A DNA stretch of 63,946 nt, filler included, from Octopus bimaculoides (GCF_001194135.2; 7 parts of 6 records of this genome joined end to end with filler, not necessarily neighbours in it); one strand, 5' to 3'. Shown: positions 13,180-27,370, counted from the first letter of the whole stretch. Notes: generated from the letters alone by a model not told the origin. Numbers and translations are program-made.

Positions 13180-13695
13180 TACTTGTTTCAGTCATTTGAC
13201 TGCGGCCATGCTGGAGCATCGCCTTTAGTCGAGAAAATCAACCCCAGGACTTATTCTTTGTAAGCCTAGTACTTAATCTATCGGTCTCTTTTTGCCGAAC
13301 CGCTAAGTTAGGGGAACGTAAACACACCAGCATCGGTTGTCAAGCGATGGTGGAGGGGACAAACACAGACAAAAACACACATACATNNNNNNNNNNNNNN
13401 NNNNNNNNNNNNNNNNNNNNNNNNNNNNNNNNNNNNNNNNNNNNNNNNNNNNNNNNNNNNNNNNNNNNNNNNNNNNNNNNNNNNNNNNNNNNNNNNNNNN
13501 NNNNNNNNNNNNNNNNNNATATATATATATATACGACAGGCTTCTTTCAGTTTCCGTCTACCAAATCCACTCACAAGGCTTTGGTCGGCCCGAGGCTATA
13601 GTAGAAGACACTTGCCCAAGGTGCCGCGCAGTGGGACTGAACCCGGAACCATGTGGTTGGCAAGCAAGCTACTTACCACACAGCCACTCCTGCGC
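13180..13695 (-). mobile_element. tRNA-derived SINE, family A (full length, gap in internal microsatellite)
   Basis: tcttttacttgtttcagtcatttgactgcggccatgctggagc ... cacttgcccaaggtgccgcgcagtgggactgaacccggaaccatgtggttgg...cttaccacacagccac. Confidence 0.85.
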
Positions 13696-13704
13696 CTATA
13701 ATAA

Positions 13705-14312
13705 TATATATACTCCGATTTAAAAGCGACATTTATATATGAACAATTGACTGAAAAATGATGAGCTAACCCAGGCTAGAAGAGAACACACAAATCAACG
13801 CTTATACGGCTCCTTGCGCATCCGATTGGACCAAGTGCTCACCCATCAACTTTAGCCAAAGTTTATAAATATATATTTTAACTGTCCAATACTCCATATA
13901 ATATCTGCAAACAAACCAGAAGGCTTTGTAAATTATGGTGATAGAGTGACTCTGAAAGTTTATGAGTACAATAATATCATACTAGTCATAATAATATATC
14001 ATAATAAGGATAGATATATTCCCAGTTAAAGCAACATTTATATATAAACATTTAACTGAAAAATTAAGACATAACCCAGGCCTGAATCGAACACGCAGTT
14101 ATAGTATATATTCATAAAAATTGTCTGAAATTGATGGATGAGAGTTTGGCGCAATCGGATGCGAAAGTAGCCATGTAAGCGTTGATTCGTGGGTTCTATT
14201 CTGGCCTGAGTTAGCTCATCATTTATTATGATATATTATTATATACTTATTGTACCAATAGACTTCCATAGTAGCTCTATCTCCGTAATTTACAAACCCT
14301 TCAGGGTTGTTT
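13705..14312. repeat. About 310-bp unit in tandem plus an inverted copy (rearranged foldback)
   Basis: 13705-13790 recurs directly at 14012-14097. 13758-13882 is the reverse complement of 14098-14222. 13908-14005 is the reverse complement of 14222-14312. Confidence 0.75.
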
Positions 14313-14759
14313 ACTCCTCCTCCTCCTCTTCCTCCTCTCTGCCGTTCTTGAACCTCTTGTACCAGTGAAAAAAATTAATCCATAAGCAGTTACTGATCAT
14401 TTCATATGCTTCTGTAGTGTTTTCTCCCAGCTTAACACAAAATTTTGTTGTATAGCAAGCTTAGAATCGTCCTGACTACATTCTGCAATTCAGTCAGCTA
14501 TAGGGTGTGTTCAAAGTTACTTAAAAGTTATTTCAATCCTTCAATCTGGAATAACAGAAGTTGACATGTCAGCTTATTAGATGTATACGAGTGATATACT
14601 AAAATTACAACAGTGTAGAACAGTTATAACTGCTTCTTCTAAAAAATCTAAAAGTTTCTGGAATGAACCGTGTACATACTCGGAGTGTGTATTTGACTGT
14701 ATTGAATGTGGATGTACCAGATCTATATTTCTGCTTGCTTGCTTACTTCTTCAGTAACA

Positions 14760-15005
14760 AATATTCACATTACCACATGCCAAGCAAACTTTGGCTGCTA
14801 GCTGATATGGTTAAACATTGAATGTAAGATTACTAGTGCTGTATTTAGCCGGCAGGCAGGGCAAAATTTCAGAAATCTAGATCTAGCAATTCCAATACGT
14901 GCTGCTAGCTGATTCCACCTACTAATGATATTTTTCCCTGCTTTACAACACTTTATGTATATAAAAGATACTTGCTCAAGACGAATATCGCAGTTTAGAA
15001 GACTT
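14760..15005 (-). mobile_element. RTE-like LINE RT fragment (decayed)
   Basis: DIRLEQVSFIY...ARIGIARSRFLKF resembles the RTE LE.V..F.YLGS...RIG.AR..F.KL motif. Confidence 0.5.
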
Positions 15006-15104
15006 TCAATAGTATACACACTTTATGTATACAGATCGCTAATTTTGAACTAATACAGCTTCCGTCGCTAATAATGAATTATACACACACACATACACAC
15101 ACAT

Positions 15105-15137
<33 letters not shown>

Positions 15138-15325
15138 CAAAGTAATATACATAATCATATCTAAAATATTATGCATAGACACATACATACATACATACAT
15201 ACATACATAAACGATCTAATCCTTGGCGGGACTAAAATGTCTTACCTGACTCAGACATCGAAGCTGATTAAACCAAATAGATTTTGAGATCCTTATAGAT
15301 TGAAACCTACGGGGGAGACTGTCAA

Positions 15326-15358
<33 letters not shown>

Positions 15359-16477
15359 ACACACAGAGGCATGCACGCACCCACATACACGCACACACGT
15401 ACACACGCGCACACACGCATACGCACACACACATACCGTTGTGTTAAGAGCATTTTATTTCAAAAATATACTCTTCTGTAGAAATAGACCATAACCACAG
15501 ATTTTATGCAACATTACATTAACTAATGTAAACATTTCGTTCTTATGTACATTATTTTCTTGAAGAGAAAAAGGAAAAAAAGAGACCAGCAAACATACCA
15601 AACGGTAAGTTCAGCCTTGATCCAGTAGGTGCATGATGAAAGACGTTTTCCCTTTACCCATTTCAATTCTTGTGCTACATCGTTCATTGTTTTTTCCATT
15701 TTTAAGATGATTGGGTGTGCTTTTAGTATATTGAATGCATTAGAACAACCAGCTTCCCAAATATACGAAATAATAAGCCTAATTTCTAATGACTAAATAT
15801 GTAAATGGACCAGTGTTAGTAAGACGTATTTATTAAAATATATGCTGTGAAACAAGGCATGGTCATGATATGCAAAGGCCAATGCGACTTTTGCATTTAG
15901 AGTTTCCAAATTAGTTGAAAACAAATGTCAGCTAAACGTGTATTGCCAGCTAAACGTGTAACGAAAGTTCATATAGCCGAATTGGTAGAGCATGGAATAG
16001 TGCATCGGGAAACAACAGATCTGTAACGAAATGACTGCTAAGTGGTTCGTGTATTGTTGTATTGTACCTAGAACTATAAGTGAACTCTAAAATGTCGAGT
16101 TAACTAGTTCAAGCGAGATGCAATCTATAGTACGGCTTCCAACAGTCAATTTGGCTTACTGCAGTCAGTTTCTTTTCACCGAGAAAAATTAACAGGGTAA
16201 GCACTCGATTTGATAGTTCGGCCTCTTAAAAATAATATGTATATTCTATATCAAATCAAACATTTAAAATATACAGATTTTATTATATAATACACCGTGG
16301 CCTTGGATGTACTATATCTTCATGAAAGATAGTATAGTCACTGATAGAAAAACTTTGATCGTAAGTGAACTCAGTCATGGCTAACGTGGGTCATCACAAT
16401 AACAACAATTAAACAGCAATTTCTCTAACTGCAGTTGTTTTAAAGGAGGATTCTCTTCGTAATTTCTTGACCTACTA

Positions 16478-16865
16478 GGTGGTTGGCACTCCGTCGGTTA
16501 CGACGACGAGTGTTCCAGTTGATCCGATCAACGGAACAGCCTGCTCGTGAAATTAACGTGCAAGTGGCTGAGCACTCCACAGACACGTGTACCCTTAACG
16601 TAGTTCTTAGGGAGATTCAGCCTGACACAGAGTATGACAAGGCTGGTCCTTTGAAATACAGGTACAACAGAAACAGGAAGAAAGAGTGAGAGAAAGTTGT
16701 GGTGAAAGAGTACAGCAGGGTTCGCCACCATCCCCTGCCGGAGCCTTGTGGAACTTAAGGTGTTTTCGCTCAATAAACACTCACAACGCCCGGTCTGGGA
16801 ATCGAAACCGCCATCCTACGACCGCGAGTCTGATGCCCTAACCAGTGAGCCATTGCGCCTCCACG
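16478..16865 (-). mobile_element. tRNA-derived SINE, family C (near full length)
   Basis: Reverse complement starts ggaggcgcaatggctcactggttagggcatcagactcgcggtcgtaggatggcggtttcgattcccagaccg (A and B boxes), then a conserved body (agaactacgttaagggtacacgtgtctgtggagtgctcagccacttgcacgttaatttcacgagcaggctg). Confidence 0.85.
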
Positions 16866-16914
16866 CTGACCTACTAGAAATAGCAACCAAATTCTCTTTA
16901 AAATCTCCATTAAG

Positions 16915-17135
16915 TAACGTATTGGTTTCAAATTTTGCTACAAGACCAGCGATTTCGGGGAAAGAGGATAAGTCGATTACGTCGACCACAGTGCTCAACT
17001 GCTACTTATTTTACCGACCCCAAAGGATGAAAGGCAATGTCAACCTCGGCGGAATTTGAACACAAAACGTGCAGACGGACAAAATGCCGCTAAGCACTCT
17101 GTCGGCGTGCTAACGATTCTGCCAGCTCACCGCTC
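16915..17135 (-). mobile_element. tRNA-derived SINE, family B
   Basis: attggtttcaaattttg...gtcgattacgtcgacc...cggcggaatttgaac...gctaacgattctgccagctcaccgc. Confidence 0.8.
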
Positions 17136-18634
17136 TACTAAAAGCATTGATATTGTGACTATTATTCATCATTATTTTTTTTCTTTGTAAAATAACCGAT
17201 CATTAATTATATAGAGCTGATAGGACTAAACAGTTGTAATGTTTGATGAGTGCTGGAAATATAAAAGTAGGTCATTTATTTTCACTAAGAATAATATATG
17301 CGTATTCGTATATTCATAAAACATCTTTGAAGTTTTAAGCCTTGTACTATTCCTCCAATAAAGTTGCCCTTACCAAGCAAGGTGGCGAGTCAAGAAGTGG
17401 ACTGCATAATTGCTTGATAAGCGAGAAACGGCTGCCAAATCTCCACTGAGGCACATCTTGCCACCTCAAAAGGTAATACATTGAAAAAGGCAAACCTGGA
17501 CGTATTAAAAAAATGGAATAAGCCTGGCAGGAATAACTTTGGCTGTAAATATGATGGATCGATGTTGACCTTGTTAAGCAGTAACAATAACAGCAACCAA
17601 CCTTTTGTAGGCTGACACTGATATCGAGAATATTGAAATAATATCACTTAACAAAACGGGTCAGGAATGGTCAATGGGAGTGGTGTTTCATCAGAAAACT
17701 AAATCGGACATAGAAAACAACGGATATACATATGAGTAAAGGAGTGGATGTATGAATTGACATGATCGACTAAATACAGCGAATATTTATGTACGTAGTT
17801 TTAGACTTTAAATTTTATATCTATATATATTTATAGTCAACAGATGAGATCCAGAGATTCTCGTTATAGAAAAGACATAGTAGTGCTCAAATGATTCGAA
17901 CTTAGACTCCGATGTCTTTACGAGGGGCTAATTCCGCGAAGTAAAGAGTGGCTATAGGAGGAATTAAGGTGAGCAGATTTGGAGGTAATCATGTATATCA
18001 AGCCAAAGTTGTTATATTGAATTTGTTTATCTGTATAATTGCCTCTATACGTATTTATATTCATATATGCCTATATTCAACTATGTTTGTACTAACACTA
18101 GAAACTTAAATCTTGTCTGAACGTTTTCATGAAACACTGGAACAGAATTTGGCCATAAAAAATGTTCTTATCTTGTTAGAGGTAAAATCGTTGAGCAGAC
18201 AACACTGGTATTGAAAGTCTATGTGTCTTGTTTGGCTAAATAACGAATGCTAAAAGTATATCAGAATAAACGAGTTCGTATTGCTGTTGCTTAATCGAAA
18301 GCTCAGCTCTGAATCAGCAGAACTATGATTTATATTGAAGCGCTCTCCAGTCATGACATACTAATCTTTACACATTCATACAAGCATTGTTTTTTTTTTC
18401 TTTTTCTTTTTGTTAGATGTGCCTTTTCTTCTTTCTTTTCTTTTCTTTTCTTTATTTTGTAAGGTTAGTAGGCTGTCATATCAGAAAGATTTGGCTGCTA
18501 TTTCTAACAAATCACACGACCACCTAAATGCCCCTTATTGGCTCTATCGTTAATGAAATCTTTGACTAAGTAGTTCTTGTAAAAATTGCTAGAATTAGGA
18601 AAGAATACTCCAACAGTCTTCAAATGTTATATAG

Positions 18635-19150
18635 TTGGCGCTCTCCCAATTCAACAAGTTTGAATCTAATAACACTTATAATTCTATAAATGTAGTATCC
18701 GAGACAGTAACCAGAATTTGTGGCAGAGTCCTAGATACTTCAAGAAATACACAATTTGGACCTCAGGACAAAACACCGATGATTTTTGTATTTAACAGTA
18801 ACGAAAACAAAATAGAACTTAAACGGAAGAACGTAGGCTAGATATATTATCATTGTACACACTATATGAGTTTAATCTAAATGTCCAGATACTACATGTG
18901 ATCTAAAGTGGAACTGACCTACTTGAAAAAAACTTAGAGGAGAAATATTGAATAAATCAACAGGAAACTAATACATGAGTGTGTATAAAAAGCTAGAAAA
19001 TGACAACAATATTAACAGAGAGAGCAGCTTCTATCAAGTCAATGATAGATGCGTTACAATCCACCTAGAAAGATACGCCCTTTTTGTTTTCATAACAGAA
19101 GATAACTTCTAAATACTTTCATCAACAATGCAGATAAGGAGCTAATGAAG
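18635..19150 (+). mobile_element. Dong/R4-like ORF N-terminal fragment (decayed)
   Basis: NTYNSINVVSETVTRICG...NENKIELKRKNVG resembles the N-terminal region of Dong ORFs; no intact frame. Confidence 0.35.
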
Positions 19151-19324
19151 GAACTTCTAAGTTGTCGCTCGACCTGCTAGCAATAATAGGCAAGTCTCCT
19201 TTTAAATACATAGTAGTGTTGTTTTGCTTTTGTTTGGATTTGTTTTGTTGTGTCTTTGTAAACAAAACAAAAGAAAACGACGAACAAAATAAATGTAATC
19301 TTAAATATACTAATCTTTTATTCT

Positions 19325-19503
19325 TTTACTTGTTTCAGTAATAAGACTGTGGCCATGCTGGAGCACCGCCTTTAGTCGAACAAATCGACCCCAGGACTTA
19401 TTCTCTGTAAGCGTAGTACTTATTCTATCGGTATCTTTTGCCGAACCGCTAGGTTACGGGGACGTGAACACACCAACATCGGTTGTCAAGCAATGGTGGG
19501 TGG

Positions 19504-19540
<37 letters not shown>

Positions 19541-19557
19541 NNNNNNNNNNNNNNNNN

Positions 19558-19594
<37 letters not shown>

Positions 19595-19755
19595 ACGGGC
19601 TTCTTTCAGTTTCCGTTTGCCAAAATCCACTCACAAGGCTTTGGTCGGCCCGAGGCTACAGTAGAAGGCACTTGCCCAAAGTGCCATGCAGTGGGACTGA
19701 ACCTGGAACCATGTGATTGATAAGCAAGATACTTACCACACAGCCACGCCTGCGC
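19325..19755 (-). mobile_element. tRNA-derived SINE, family A (full length)
   Basis: Same head, body and tail as 13180-13695, with internal (CA)n/(TA)n. Confidence 0.85.
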
Positions 19756-20033
19756 TTATGTTCAATTCAGAAAAATAGGTGATTCACGATTGGAATGCAA
19801 TTGATTATGTGTCTGCTCAATCGGAACTGATTCGGAGCAGCATCAACAGCGACGACGACGACAACAATAACAACAAACACAACAACAGCAGCAGCAATCA
19901 CAAGAACAAGAGAGATAGACATTTTTCTTTCTACCAGTAAAGAAGATGACAACCACATCATCAGTAGCTTCTCAAAATATCCGAGAGATACTACCTTGTT
20001 AAAGCTATATAATATTGTTGCAAAAACTATATA

Positions 20034-20241
20034 CAGGGTGTCCATAAATTACCTTTAGAATTTGAAAAATTCAGAGAAAAATGAAAAATAAGGGTAACTC
20101 AGCAGAGTTTGTTGAAAAACAGGCAAACAAATAAAGTTTTATTACAAGCATCAGAACACTTCCACATGTCTCCATCGGCTGCACGTAATAAGTCGGTACA
20201 ATAAATTGTAGAAGCTGTAAGTATAATTTATGGACACCTTA
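20034..20241. mobile_element. Tc1/mariner-type MITE
   Basis: TA|CAGGGTGTCCATAAATTA ... TAATTTATGGACACCTTA: 18-bp TIRs with 2 mismatches and a left TA target. Confidence 0.75.
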
Positions 20242-20679
20242 TGCAATGCAGCTTTTAGGAAAGATTATCCTGGAAGCTGTATCAGACGCACATTATGAAA
20301 CTGAATGTATTCACACCTTTAAACTAAATAATACTAGTGAAACATAAAGCAATCAACCCGATGTAAACAAAAAAATAAGCTTCATATTACTCCCAGGATT
20401 AAGAGCAAAAGCTTTGCATTTAGGGAGAGATCAACTTTCCTGCAGGTGTAAATATCTCGTCTAACGTTACAGAGTAGTATAACACCTGCGGTGAACCTCG
20501 GCGAAGCCAAGAGCTCTTTCACTCTGGTAATAAATTCTCATTTATACTCTAAGTCAAATGTAGACTACATTATGGAACTGTCTATTTATGCCGTATCCAG
20601 AAAATACTGACTTGCTGCGGGATCAAATGAACATCTCGAACGCATTCTAAAGGTTCGCCATTCGTTGTTGCCAGAGGGC

Positions 20680-21360
20680 ATACATACATTCTTTGCATAT
20701 GTGTGCATATACAGACACGTGCATACAGACATACATAAATTACATACATACCTACACATGTACGCATGCACATACATACAAACATGTGTATGTCTGTACA
20801 TACATACACAATCTTGCACTTACGTATACAGAAACGCTTTGGAGAGTATTTCAGCTGCACAAATTAAAATCACGTATAAGCACATACTTATATACATGCA
20901 TGCATGCAAACATACATACAAACATGCATTCATGCATGCGTACAAACATACATGCATACGTACATGCATACATGCATACATACATGCATACATGCATATA
21001 TATATATACATATATGCATGCATATATACATATATATATATATATANNNNNNNNNNNNNNNNNNNNNNNNNNNNNNNNNNNNNNNNNNNNNNNNNNNNNN
21101 NNNNNNNNNNNNNNNNNNNNNNNNNNNNNNNNNNNNNNNNNNNNNNNNNNNNNNNNNNNNNNNNNNNNNNNNNNNNNNNNNNNNNNNNNNNNNNNNNNNN
21201 NNNNNNNNNNNNNNNNNNNNNNNNNNNNNNNNNNNNNNNNNNNNTATATATATATATATATATATATGCATGATTACAGGTGTGCTTAAGCGCAAGAAAG
21301 TATACACCCACATATATGCACACATGGTCTTACATTCATGTATATATTTATATGTCTAGT
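20680..21360. repeat. Degenerate (CATA)n/(TA)n low-complexity tract with gap
   Basis: Direct reading. Confidence 0.85.
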
Positions 21361-23137
21361 AATATTAGTTAGTTTTCATGAGACACCTGAAACCAGACAA
21401 AAGCTGCTGGAGAAGAAAGCGGCGAAAATATATAAACTCTACCACTCCCTACGTTATTGCAGTCACCTTCGCTGATACAAGCACTTATAATTATATAACA
21501 GTGATTAGACACGGACGGCTGCATAATCTGCGAAACCTTAAAATAATAATTGAAAACTGTAATGTGGCGGCAACTTCTCTAAAATTTTCAAATTAATATA
21601 AAGTAACAGAGAATTTTGATGGGAAGCGAGTAAAATCCAGCCATTCAAATGTATGAGATTCTACGCGATCACTCCTTCTGTTAGAAATAATAACCACACC
21701 TTCCTTGAATCATACCCTTCCTCCTTTATAAAATGGGGCAATATATATCGGATAAAGTAACTGCTATTCAATACCTAAGAAAAGAAATGTTAGCAAGACA
21801 ATCCCTTTGCTCTTACGAAAATTAACTTACCCTTGGTTTATCTTAACTATAACGAGTAAACCTTCAAGTGTGAATACGCCAAATCGTAGTGTTCTCGTAG
21901 GCAACAGATAAAATCGCACCATTCAGTCATTGAACCCTTATATTACTCAATACTTTTCCAAGAGTATTTATTTCCCTACTAGAGTTTTCTAGTTTTTCTC
22001 CTCTATTAACAAGTGTAAATCTATTTTGCGTTAAAGTTTCCTGACAAATATAGTTATGTCAAATACCATGCAACAAAAAGAATCGATTTATTGAAATTAC
22101 CTCAGCCTTTATAGGATGGATCATAATTATAATCAATCTCTCGGGATTAAAACATTCTCGTAAGGGGACATGCCATGAAGAAAATGGATAGGTTTAATAA
22201 GAAGGCAGTCGTAGACACGCTTTTCTGCCTCAGTAGCTTTCATTAGCACGGCAATTGTCCGACCTTGTCTTCCAATGGCCAAAGAACTTAGAATTTCACA
22301 GAACAGTGTAGAAAGCAGGTAATTTGCATAATATAAACAAAAATGAGTTAAGAGAAATAACTTGAAGTGGCTAGCGGCATATATTTGAATAACATTGGCA
22401 AAAACCGATATGTGAAATACCATGAGCTAAATTATATCTGAATGGACAGGAAGGTCATGACTAGAAAACCTTTGTAAACCATCACTCTGACATAGGATTA
22501 AAAAACAACGAAGTACATTTATCTTTCCAGATATTGGCAGTGTGCTACATGCTATCTGTAAACAAGCCATAACACGTATTTGACAAGAATGCCGGGTTTT
22601 ATTGTTTTATTTTTACAGTGACTATTATTTGGAACAGCACCTACTAGGTATTTTCTAATGCACATTGTAAGTGAATTACCCGGTGTAAACCACCTAGGTA
22701 GATAGCAAAACTACAAGAATTCAGAGTCTGCGGTGTAGAATCAGACATTTAAGATTACCAATAATTTCATAACTAAAATTAAAACAGCAAAAAAAAAACA
22801 ACCTAAATGCAATTGTTTAAAATGTTTCTAAAACTCTACAATAGTTTAAATCACCTGATTTAAGATAAATAAGAATATTGGATGTTTTACAGATTTGTTA
22901 AGTTTACGTTTGAAGAGAAAAAAAAAATGAAACTTAGCAGGCGGTGATGGCAGACTAACATCCTTCTTAAGTGGAGTTAAAGATAAAATAAATATATGGC
23001 AGTCTAAACTGATATGCGTTTAGCTTTGGTGTAAAAAGTAAATTTATATGAATGCGTATGTATGGAAGAGCTCTTGATTTTATACGTTTATATGTGAGTG
23101 AGCGTGTGTGGGTCAGTGTATTTTCATTTGAATGTAT

Positions 23138-23209
<72 letters not shown>

Positions 23210-23449
23210 AAATGTGGGTCTTTTCGAATGTATCTTCTTTTTTTTTCTCCTTTTCTTTTATATTCAAAGACGTGAAAAATGTGGCAAAATATTTAAGCCA
23301 AAGCAGAGAAAGAAATGTTGAAAATGTCTGCTGTGTGGTTAAGGAGCTCACTTTGAAAACAATGCGGCACCTTGGGCAAATGTTTTCTAATAGAGCAATG
23401 AGTCAGTCAATGCCTTCTGAGTGAATTAAACAGATGTGTAGAAGCCCAT

Positions 23450-23770
23450 CGAATATGTGTATTCGTTATGTTTGTGACCTTCATCGCTTGACAACTATTG
23501 CTGGTTTGTTTACGTACTCGTAACTTAGCGGTTCGGCAAAAGTGACCGATAGAATAAGTACTAGGCTTCCAAAGAATAAGTCCTGGGGTCAATTTGCTCG
23601 ACTAAAGGCGATGCTCCAGCATGGCCACAGTCAAATGACTGAAACAAGTAAAAGAGAGTAAAAGAGAAAAAGAGAGTATGACTAAACCCTTCAATGCGGT
23701 CCCCTAGCATGACCCCGGTCCAATGAATGAAGCAAGCAACAAGTAAAGATGAAAAAAAAAAAAAAAGGAA
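23450..23770 (+). mobile_element. SINE family A, 3' part
   Basis: cgtaacttagcggttcggcaaaag...gaataagtcctggggtc...tgctccagcatggccacagtcaaatgactgaaacaagtaaaag, with a partial repeat of the tail. Confidence 0.8.
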
Positions 23771-24002
23771 ATAACTGATGACATTTCTAAAAAAAAAAAA
23801 AGCACACACACAAGTACAGACGGACACCACTAGCATCCCTCGCAACAATTAAAAAAAATATCAGTTGTGTTAAAAACATTTACAGCTCTGTGTTGCTTTC
23901 GTACAGGGAGAATACAGATTTACAGCATTTTATTAAATAAAGTTTAGTTAATAATATCTTAAAAATAGTTTGGTATATTTTCTAGAGGGTTTGTAAGTTG
24001 AT

Positions 24003-24004
<2 letters not shown>

Positions 24005-24075
<71 letters not shown>

Positions 24076-24110
24076 CTCTCTCTGTCTCTCTCTCTGTCTC
24101 TGTCTCTCTG

Positions 24111-24146
<36 letters not shown>

Positions 24147-24165
24147 GTGTGTGTGTGTGTGTGAT
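24005..24165. repeat. (CT)n/(CA)n/(TG)n microsatellite
   Basis: Direct reading. Confidence 0.9.
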
Positions 24166-25104
24166 CATACTGGCACGTTAAATGTGTCTATGTATGTAGT
24201 GAAGGTGTTGTGTGCATGTCTTTGCATGAAGAATGCGTATGTGTTGGTAGGTCTGTGCAAATCTTGGTTTACAGTACAAATGTTAAATGTAGGTATGAAT
24301 GCATGTAGATATCTATTTCCAGAAAGTATTTCGACAGCGGGTAAATGTATAAATGTTGTTGTTTCCAGTCTGCTAATAGAGAAAAGAAATTCGATCAATT
24401 TTCTTTTTCTCCTTTTCAATTATTTTATTATTTTATTATTTTTAATGGACATCCTGCTATCGTTAGTAATTTGGAAGTTTAGCTTTAAATAGTAGGAGCA
24501 AAGAAAAAGAAACATATAGGAAAGAAAACTTTTATGAGGTCGGTAAAAACAGTGAAAGTCCATTAAGTCGCAGAATGGAATTTTGTCGAGTTATTTGCAG
24601 AGAGATGGATAGCAATTGGTGGATTAATTTGGCGAAAAAAAAAAAAAAACTTAGTGAGCACAATAAAAAACGAAATTAGAATTAAAAAAATAAATAATAA
24701 TGATGATGAGAAAATACGATGCATATTAAATTTAGCAGAGGAAATATCTGTAACCATACTTTCTTGTATATTTAACATTTTAGAAACGCAGCTGCCCGAG
24801 ACGATTAAGTATTGACCATTTGTTTGAAAGTTCGAGTCTTCATACGTATGCAAGACAAATTATTCTCACTGGCTAGGTCCAATTAACTATTATCAGTATT
24901 AACAGTTAGTATGATTCCTCGCTTTAAGAATCTTGTATAAATAACTTGTTTTGTTACTTTACTTTATTGAACTAAAATCTTGAGAGAAGTTTGTATACTG
25001 CAACAAAAAGAAAAAAAAAACTCTTAATTTTGGTTTCATACTAAAATCCTCAATCGGCTTTTTGTTAACAACTGAAGATTTTGAGACGAATGTAAAACCT
25101 TGTC

Positions 25105-25285
25105 ACCCACCACTGTTTAACAACCGGTGTTGGTGTGTTTACGTCCTCATAACTAAACGGCTCGGTAAAGAAACCGATAGAATAAGTACCAGGCTTTAAA
25201 AAAAAAGTACTAGGGAGATTCGTTTGGCTAGAATTTTCATGCATGCTCGCAGTCTAATGACTGAAACATGTAAGAGATAAAAGAA
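25105..25285 (+). mobile_element. SINE family A, 3' part
   Basis: acaaccggtgttggtgtgtttacgtcc...gatagaataagtacc...gcagtctaatgactgaaac. Confidence 0.7.
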
Positions 25286-26199
25286 AAATTATACTCAAAA
25301 TGAATTGAAGATCCTTACTAATGGAAGGAAGGCACATTTGCAAAAAGATGGTGAAATCTGAACTGCCTGAATACAAGGAAACAAAAACGCTTAGTAAAAT
25401 AAAAGGGCATAGAACATTGATATCTCTTGACTGGTGGAGCCAATGAAAAATATCCATATAAAAAGATAAAGAGTACATTGAATCGATATTAATATATTAT
25501 TGGTACTTATTCTACTACACTCAAGTGGACGAGAGGTAAGTACGACCTCGTATGAATTATGTTTTGGAACGAGGTTAAAAGGAGGACATAAACCGGACGA
25601 CATTTTCGCTTGTATTTAGTTTCATTATTTTATATTCTGCGAGTAAATAGTTACGATGACTAATTTGGGGACTTTATCGTTATTATCTCGCATCACATGT
25701 CCTGACTAAATATAAACATCATTCTTATTTCGCATTTCTAAATAGAACAGCATGCAAAAGATAGAAAAACTGTTTTGCGAAGTACTTTTAGTGGGATATG
25801 ATCTTTATACAAGATTTGGATACTGTGACGTTTAATGATCGTAACCCATTAAAAATACTTCACAAATACGGTTATTATTTTCTTTTCTAAGAAAAAAAAT
25901 TGAAACCTTGATACTTTCCTTTTTATTATATATTTTATAATAATCTTTTATTCATTCGTTTTGTTTTATTTTGATGTACTGTGCAATAACAAAGTGAAAT
26001 TAATGTTTTATGAGTTGCTCTGACATGTGATGCGGAATAATAACGATGAAGCGCTATACATCATTAATAATAGCGGTGAAGAACAAATAGCATTCAAGCA
26101 CTGTACTAGGAGCGATTTAATCTTCTACACTCCCGCTTCTCAAAAAAGGTTTGGCCTTATACATATAATAAAAATTGATTTTATTTATCCCATAATTTT

Positions 26200-26565
26200 A
26201 TTAACTCCGCCTTTGCTAAAGCGGAAGTATTGTTTCAGTCGTGTTTGTTTGTTTGTCCGTGGACAAGATATCTCAAGAACCGCTGGATGAATTCGGATGA
26301 AACTTTAGGGATGTCTGCCTTCGTGATTGGCACGAACTGATTAGATTTGGGGATTGATCCGGTACCGGATAAGGATTCTGGACGATTTTTCCGAGGTTTT
26401 TTTTCACTTAATTTTTGGGAGCGGTTGGGTTCATTTTCGTATTCTTGTTTGTGAGAGCAGTCGAGTTTATTTCAGATATCCTCATTTTAAAAATCATCTC
26501 TAGCTAATCGTTGGGAGGACGTTGGTGTTGCCTTGGCGGAGGTCTCCACTCTTTCAGTGCTCTTA
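26200..26565 (+). mobile_element. Helentron-associated non-autonomous element (HINE/DINE-1-like)
   Basis: Starts ttaactccgcc...ggaagtattgtttcagtcgtgtttgtttgtttgtccgt...gatatctc; ends ttggcggaggtctccactctttcagtgctctt. Sub-terminal inverted ccgcc/ggcgg, a (TTTG)n tract and a 3' stem are typical of HINEs. Confidence 0.65.
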
Positions 26566-27077
26566 TTTTTATTGCGTCTTCTCGCTACATTAGCAGCGCA
26601 ACTCTCTATTGGATTTGTGTGAATTACTTTGAGTCTTTATTTTCCAAAGATAACAAATCCACTTATTCTCAGTATGTTATGCCAGATTTGAAGGTGAATA
26701 TCTCATCGATGTTGTTTTTCATCATCGGAGAGAATCTCCTCTCTTTTGACAATGTGCATTCATAACACATGCAATTCGCTGTCGTAAATGGACTTTGAGA
26801 CACCGTGATGTTTCGATGTTATTGTGTTCTCTTAATTCAAAGCTACCCTGGCCCAATGGATTTAATAAGATTACAGGCTTTTTTTTTATAGAATTAACAA
26901 ACAAACGATTTGCTAATATGTGCTAATGACTGCCAAACATAATAATCCATGAGCATGAATCAACTCGCATCAGTACGCATTATAATGTGTATACTGATAT
27001 TTTTCTTAATAAGAATTTCTGAAATTATCGTTATCAAAATTAATTTTTGTAAAGGTTTCCATAGGAAATTAATGTTA

Positions 27078-27103
27078 TCTATATATATAAAAATGAGAAT
27101 GTG

Positions 27104-27134
<31 letters not shown>

Positions 27135-27370
27135 GTGAATCCCTAAAACTCGAGAACTACGCAACCAATTTCATTCAAATTTTACAGATGCCTTACTTAG
27201 GGTTCCAGTTGTGTTTTAGTCAAAAAAAAAATTTTTATTCTTGCAGAGTTCGAGCCCACGGCAACATAATATCTCCTCCACTATTCAAGTATTACGTGTC
27301 AAAAGTGAAACAAAAACACTCATGTCAAATACTTTCACTTTAAAAATGAAACTATTCTACTAACTGAAAC
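27078..27370 (+). mobile_element. Helitron 5' end
   Basis: A|TCTATATATATAAAAATGAGAATGTGTGTCTGTCTG...; near-identical inverted copy at 36286-36603. Confidence 0.75.

Noticed and set aside
19761-20030. Asn/Thr-rich stretch as a possible MMP pro-domain exon
   Set aside because: All three forward frames are interrupted by stops; it is best explained by (AAC)n/(GAC)n/(CAG)n repeats.
21378-21596. ORF containing RRKRRKY, a possible MMP furin site
   Set aside because: No PRCG switch before it, no KW/LTY catalytic-domain start after it, and no convincing in-frame splice sites.
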